Shown: positions 36,601 through 41,969 of the stretch, one piece after another
Layout: the number at the start of each line of letters is the position of its first letter
Numbering within the stretch: the first letter of the stretch is position 1
Assembly: GCF_001186125.1 (NCBI RefSeq)
Contig: NW_014040548.1
Location: 94,873 to 136,841, forward strand
Direction: 5' to 3'
Origin: Sphaeroforma arctica JP610
Taxonomy: Eukaryota
DNA: 41,969 bases
Position numbers and translations under genes: made by a program
The notes under the pieces: model-generated
Database searches by the model: none
What the model saw: only the letters and a program-made list of their open reading frames with translations
What the model was told of the DNA's origin: nothing

Positions 36601-39371
36601 CCCAATAAGTGTGGAGGCGATGAAGATCAACGTAAAGTGCCACGCCACAGTAGGCGCAACGGCAAAGGTGAACGTCTCCTCATCAAACGATGTGAGCACT
36701 GAATACAGCACCAGCGACACGGCATCGTTCATGACACTCTCACCAAACACCAGCCCATACAAGGACGGACGCACAGGCAGCGTGGAGAAGATGGCCAGGG
36801 TGGCCACGGGATCAGTAGACGAGATGAGAGTCCCGAACACAAGGCTCTGAAGAGTGAGAAGCGAAGAGGTATACTTTAGCGGCTGTATTTTGCTGGGGTG
36901 TTGGTGTTTGCTTAAGGGATTTTGTATAGGAGCACACAGGTTGCCGCAGATGAGCCGCAAGAGTTTGCATATGTAGAAAAAATACTTGACATCGTGAGCA
37001 TCGCCGACTGAGGCCCACACATACACACCTGCAATAACGTCCAAGGTTCCGTCCCCACAAACATTGTGGCGTAGAACATCAGCAAGCCTGTCACCATAGA
37101 CGATATAAACGCTCCAAGCAGTGCGAAGGACAAAATGCTACCCAGATTGTCAAAGAAGTGGCGCTTGTGGAAGGTATACCCGCTCTCGAACACAATGCAC
37201 GGCAGCAAAATGTAGAAGAAAGCATCCGGTGAGAAGTCCACTATGGGCTTGTCGGCCGACTCGGCCACGATGAAGCTAGTCACCGCCCCAATCATCATGG
37301 TCACACCGGATGCACTGGGTAGTTCACGGGACGAAGACAGACAGGTATATTAGGGAGCGATGCCCGTGTCGTAACCGAAATCCCACATAGAATGACATGC
37401 ATCTGTGACTACTTATTGGGAGAATATCGGCGAAATAGGCGGCATTTTGTTGCGCCAAAGTACAAGGCAGCGGCGACACACTTAAACGTGCTGTAAAACC
37501 ACAAAAAACTATAGCAATAAAGCCAACAGACCTTTTAGCTACAATGGGCTCATCGAGGCATATAATTCACGCATAAACCAAGCTATGTGCATCTAAAACC
37601 ACACGATTATAAGCAGCGAACAGTCAACCGGTGTGTCTGAGCATATCAGTGGAATCCTTGATCAAAACACTTAGTTTAGCATATTGCGAACGTACATAAG
37701 CGAGATTTTCAGCAGCAAGCGTATCTCCGCACAAATACCTAAGCAAAGAAATTAACAGTGTCACATTTGTAAAACCATGTATCAGATTGTGTCGTATTGG
37801 CGCAAAAAATAAATTATACCTGAATACTGTGATGCCATAGCTACTAATCATGTAGGCAATGATCTGAGACGCCAGCATCAGGAACACAATCATGCCATAC
37901 AGCAAACTCCCATGTACCGTCTCCACCGGTTGGATAAATACTTTGATGCGCTCGTGTGGGCAGCGACCGGGTTCCTGAGGCGAGTAATCGTGTGGCGCTA
38001 TTTACAATGTACACGCCAAACTGATCCTATTTACAATGCATATGCCAAACTGATCCGTACCGATGTGCAATGCACCTGGCCCAGGCATACGGTGTTGCAT
38101 TGAACTTGATATTCACTTAAGTCGAATCCTGAACGCATACATATCTGGAATGTAACCGTGGTGACCAAGTGATAAATGAACACATGTTATTGTCACCTGC
38201 GCACTAGATTGACACCCGTATGTGCATGACAGTACTAAGATACCTGGCTGACGAAGGTGTACGTGGTAGCCGAGACATTCAGATCCGTCAGTTTGATCAG
38301 CACTGGACTTCTGTCGCCAAGGAAATGCGTCTTATTGTCGCAGAATTCATCCAGATGTTCATCGTCTAGACCCGAAAGGAATAAAGCGTATCAGCGCAGT
38401 TCGCGGGAAAACCCACAGACTAAGTTGTAAAACAACAGTAAATTTCTATCACATAAAATCAGTAGGAGCTGCCTATTTACCCAATAAATACAAATTTCCA
38501 AACAAGACAATATTCACACTCTTACCGATTTCTTCGCCGTTGACGAAGCCCACACTGTTTTCGCCGTGCCAAACAAACAGTAAAGAGTCTTGAAACGTTG
38601 TCGAAAGTGGCGCAAGAGAAACATTTTGGCCCCATCTAACAGCATATATATGATTTTTGTCCTTGCCTTTCTTTGCGGATTCTGGTACGAGCAAGGAAAC
38701 GAATATAGCGTTACAAAACAATTTGATGGCTATACGCGCTCAACTTATGACACACGAAATGAAAAGTGGATTGATACTGATTGCTTTGACTAACATACAC
38801 ACACACACAGACACAAAAACACAAACACACACACATATATGTAACTATTTAATTATACATATGAGGTGATATATAGACAAAACATATATGTACATTCATA
38901 TCTATTCTTAAAAATATTATAATTTTCCACACATGAAATAAACACATGAACAAATAACGGTCACAATTACATCCCTACACACACACATATATATATATAT
39001 ATATACATGCACACACACACACACACATATATATATACGTATACATATACAAACAAATATAGATATATATATAGATATACACATATATAGACTACGTAGT
39101 ACGTATATTACCACGACACCTAGGGAATAAATATGTCATAATATATCAAGTGAACGGCCTCGGCTATTGTATTATGAGGCGGTAAAATACAATTCGAGGT
39201 CAAACAAACGGATGCTTCGCGGTGGATTCGCTGACAAGTTTCACGCCATCCAACAGGGTACAAGCTAGACACGAACAGCGAAGAAAAAGACACGTTTACT
39301 TTACCTGCTGAAACAATGTTGTGAGATCCTGCGGCTAATAACACACAGCACAGAAACCTGAGTACTAGCAT
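33308..39371 (-). CDS. Na+/H+ exchanger, CPA1 family (NHE/NHX, intracellular type), spliced
   Basis: In-phase GT-AG exons 39371-39305, 38365-38244, 38144-38076, 37974-37820, 37314-37029, 36846-36600, 36131-35978, 35430-35273, 34672-34461 and 33406-33308; a further small exon ending at 38526 is possible. Motifs FFYILLPCIVFESGY, FGTLISSTDPV, LVFGESVMNDAV, SGIVAIFF, HYAWHNL, EAFVFLYVG, GIRGAV and TVFVLGGST. The 3' end assumes the TAA at 33308-33310. Confidence 0.93.
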
Positions 39372-40075
39372 GATTCCGCAATGTAATCCAACCTAACGAT
39401 CTTGATATTTGTTGACCTGTGAGTATATCATATTCAGGTGTCCCTAAAGCTTTGAATCAATGATAGATTTCAATTACGAGTGCAATTCGCCTCTGTATAT
39501 GAGCACCAGGGTTTTTAGCTTTGGTGTGGGGATGTGCGCTGCGTTCCTCTGTTCTATACAAGCGCAGGCAATGCGCAAGGAGTGTTTGATATTAGCGTCT
39601 TGTTGTATTGGATATTCTCTCTTTGACATGTTCGCCGGCAATTTTTGGTTGACACTTTTGATTCAAAAATGATTTTTCCCATCTGATTAAAAAACATTAA
39701 CACCTTATTACGTCACTACGGTGGATGAGTCCTAAATAGTAAATGAGGGTGTAAAATTTGGGTTCGGAGGTGCAATGGTTGTTCTTTATATAGTGCATTT
39801 GCCCCTTTCTTTCTCACCTATATGTTTTACAACTGTTTCAAAATGTCAAACAAACTTTATACGTTTATAATACTTAAACGCTCACAAATATGTAACGAAA
39901 AAATTCCACACAAGAAGTTGTACACGATGGATATAACCCATTCCATTGGTCTAAAAACTTTGCTCTTGATTTGCCTGTGTGGGCCTGGGGCGGGGGGGGC
40001 CCACTGTGAGTCTGTGACTGGGCCCACTGGGGTCAGAGTCTCAGAGACGAGGGTCAGACGGTCAGTGAGGGACCT

Positions 40076-40743
40076 AAACGACACTTATCGCAATGAATGC
40101 GACGTGTCGTTTTAGAAAACGACACTGATATTAATGCGACGTGTCGTTGTCGCATTGGTCGCAATGGTCGTATTTGTTCATTTCGACAGGCCTTATTTCC
40201 CTTTTTTATGACCAATCATATGTTCCTAATCTTAATAATTAATATCGTTTCAATTATATTCCCGTATATTAAAGACAGCTAATCATATCATATGTGCGTG
40301 TTCGACCGCCTTTATTTGTTGGGCGGGCTAGTATGTCTAGTTTCAGTTGCTACTTGGCCTTGTTGACTATAGTATTTTTAGTAAATTTTAATAAACTTAG
40401 AAGTGTGTAGCTATGTGGTGTGATTATTCTATAGTTATTAAGTGTATAGCACGGTCTATCATAGTATCACAACGTCAGTGTTACTTCAACTTTAACAAAA
40501 GATACAATGACAAAACAGTCGTGCCCTTCTGCCAGTTACTTCAACGATAAAAGTACCAACCGTCACACCACAAAATTGACATCTCAACGGTCTCCAAGCA
40601 CTTAAAGTACTAGCCGCCACACCATAGCTGTCAACCGACATGTCGCTTTCATCTGCGACACGTCGTTTATGAACGCGACACATGTCGTTTGCGAATGCGA
40701 CATGTCGTTTACATGAACAACCAGTTTCGATGCGACATGGCGT
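40076..40743. repeat. Two clusters of a short palindromic motif GCGAC-N(2-4)-GTCGTT
   Basis: Copies at ~40097, 40134, 40655, 40676 and 40695, with partial copies at 40076, 40117, 40636 and 40731. Confidence 0.65.
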
Positions 40744-41969
40744 AAGGCTATGAAAATTTAAATAAACGTAATAAAAGACAGTCTCTCAAAACATAAATAC
40801 ATATTTTTTACGTTACCTGTATGCATGTAAAATAAAGTATGTGTGTAATATATATTGATTTGACTGTGGACTTCGCTGAGTCCACCTTCACTGGGTCCAT
40901 TCACCACTCACTCCAGAGTCCAGACTCCAGAGTCAGACTGCCCGCTGGTTCAGTCAAAGTGACCGTGAGTGACGAACTACCTCAATATGTCTTTTTATTT
41001 TCACAGTAAATATGTATGTAGTATTAAAATTGTTATTTAATTTTAAAAAAAAACAAAAAACAAAATAAGTACGTATTTATAATATACGTTTGCGTTCAAC
41101 GTTATATCATAATGGCCCTACGGTTGTCGCGTTGGTGCATATTTAGAGCCCGAGCCCTCTTTAACCCCCTCGGTCCTCGGGCGCCCGAATAATTTTCAAA
41201 ATTAGTCTATTAACCCGTATGTTAACGTTTATAAATCAAAGCTCCGTTTACCTTAAACTTTTATAATTTGTGCACCTGTTCTTCCTCACATATTTATTGT
41301 TGTGGACATCAAAGACAGACGGACTCGCGTGTGGGGCAGTTTTATTTCTCTTTATTATAAAAAAGGCTGACTGCATGATTTCGTCATCACTTCGCAGGTT
41401 TACGAACACACTATATTTCATAGCCTTCTTTTTTTAATAACTGTCAATTTACACCTGGTTTATCAAGTCGCAAAAATGGCGCATGGAGTACACGGCTTAG
41501 ACGGCCTGAACAAGGTATGGACATGGCGCCAGGTGTCAATCGACTGCTTCTCTGCGCTGGGATCTCTATGTACCTTTTGTTGCGAGTTGATACAGTGTTG
41601 CTGTCATTTATACATGTGAGAATGGGCTGGGTGTTTGCGCAGTCCTGCAACTGACATTGGATACTTAATTATTCTATTGTTTAAATCGTTCATTTTTCAT
41701 TTGTTTTAGTTAGAGATGAGCAGTGGTCCGCATAGCAGTTCATGTGCACTGCTGATATTTCGTGGTCATTTATTAGGAATGAACCAGGATTGTTTGGTCA
41801 ACATGTGCTATTGTTCAGTATGGTATATTCTTGCTGTGGGAATTGCTGTGCCATCCAACTTGTACGTCTGTAGAATACCAAACACAATTCTTCATATATA
41901 CTACTAATTGCAGCATCATAGTGTCGTATCACAGCTTGATGGAAATAATCTATACAGTAATAAATTTAT

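Noticed and set aside
40492..40683. Cys-rich short ORF as a zinc finger
   Set aside because: Short, overlaps the repeat cluster, and the spacing does not convincingly match a known family.

Overview
Intron-rich eukaryotic draft genomic DNA with two N gaps and CA/TA microsatellites; the organism cannot be identified from sequence alone. Positions 1-17.6 kb are a nested, decayed retrotransposon cluster. It holds a minus-strand Ty3/Gypsy element (gag-PR-RT-RH-integrase-chromodomain, ~5.0-9.9 kb), a plus-strand related Gypsy element (gag-PR-RT-RH, integrase missing) bounded by a 657-bp LTR and a second LTR copy that is split and half-inverted, orphan ORF1/gag-like ORFs and a LINE RT fragment. The right half holds spliced host genes: four in-phase exons encoding a PA14-like domain that may be fused to a downstream SLC35-type nucleotide-sugar transporter (+), a ~580-bp diverged inverted repeat around a possible hAT remnant, and a CPA1 Na+/H+ exchanger (-). 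The best finding is a DIRS-type Dam-like (N6-adenine) methyltransferase domain read in frame after RNase H and lying before the DDE integrase in the first Gypsy element. All domain calls come from manual translation and motif recognition, not from database searches.
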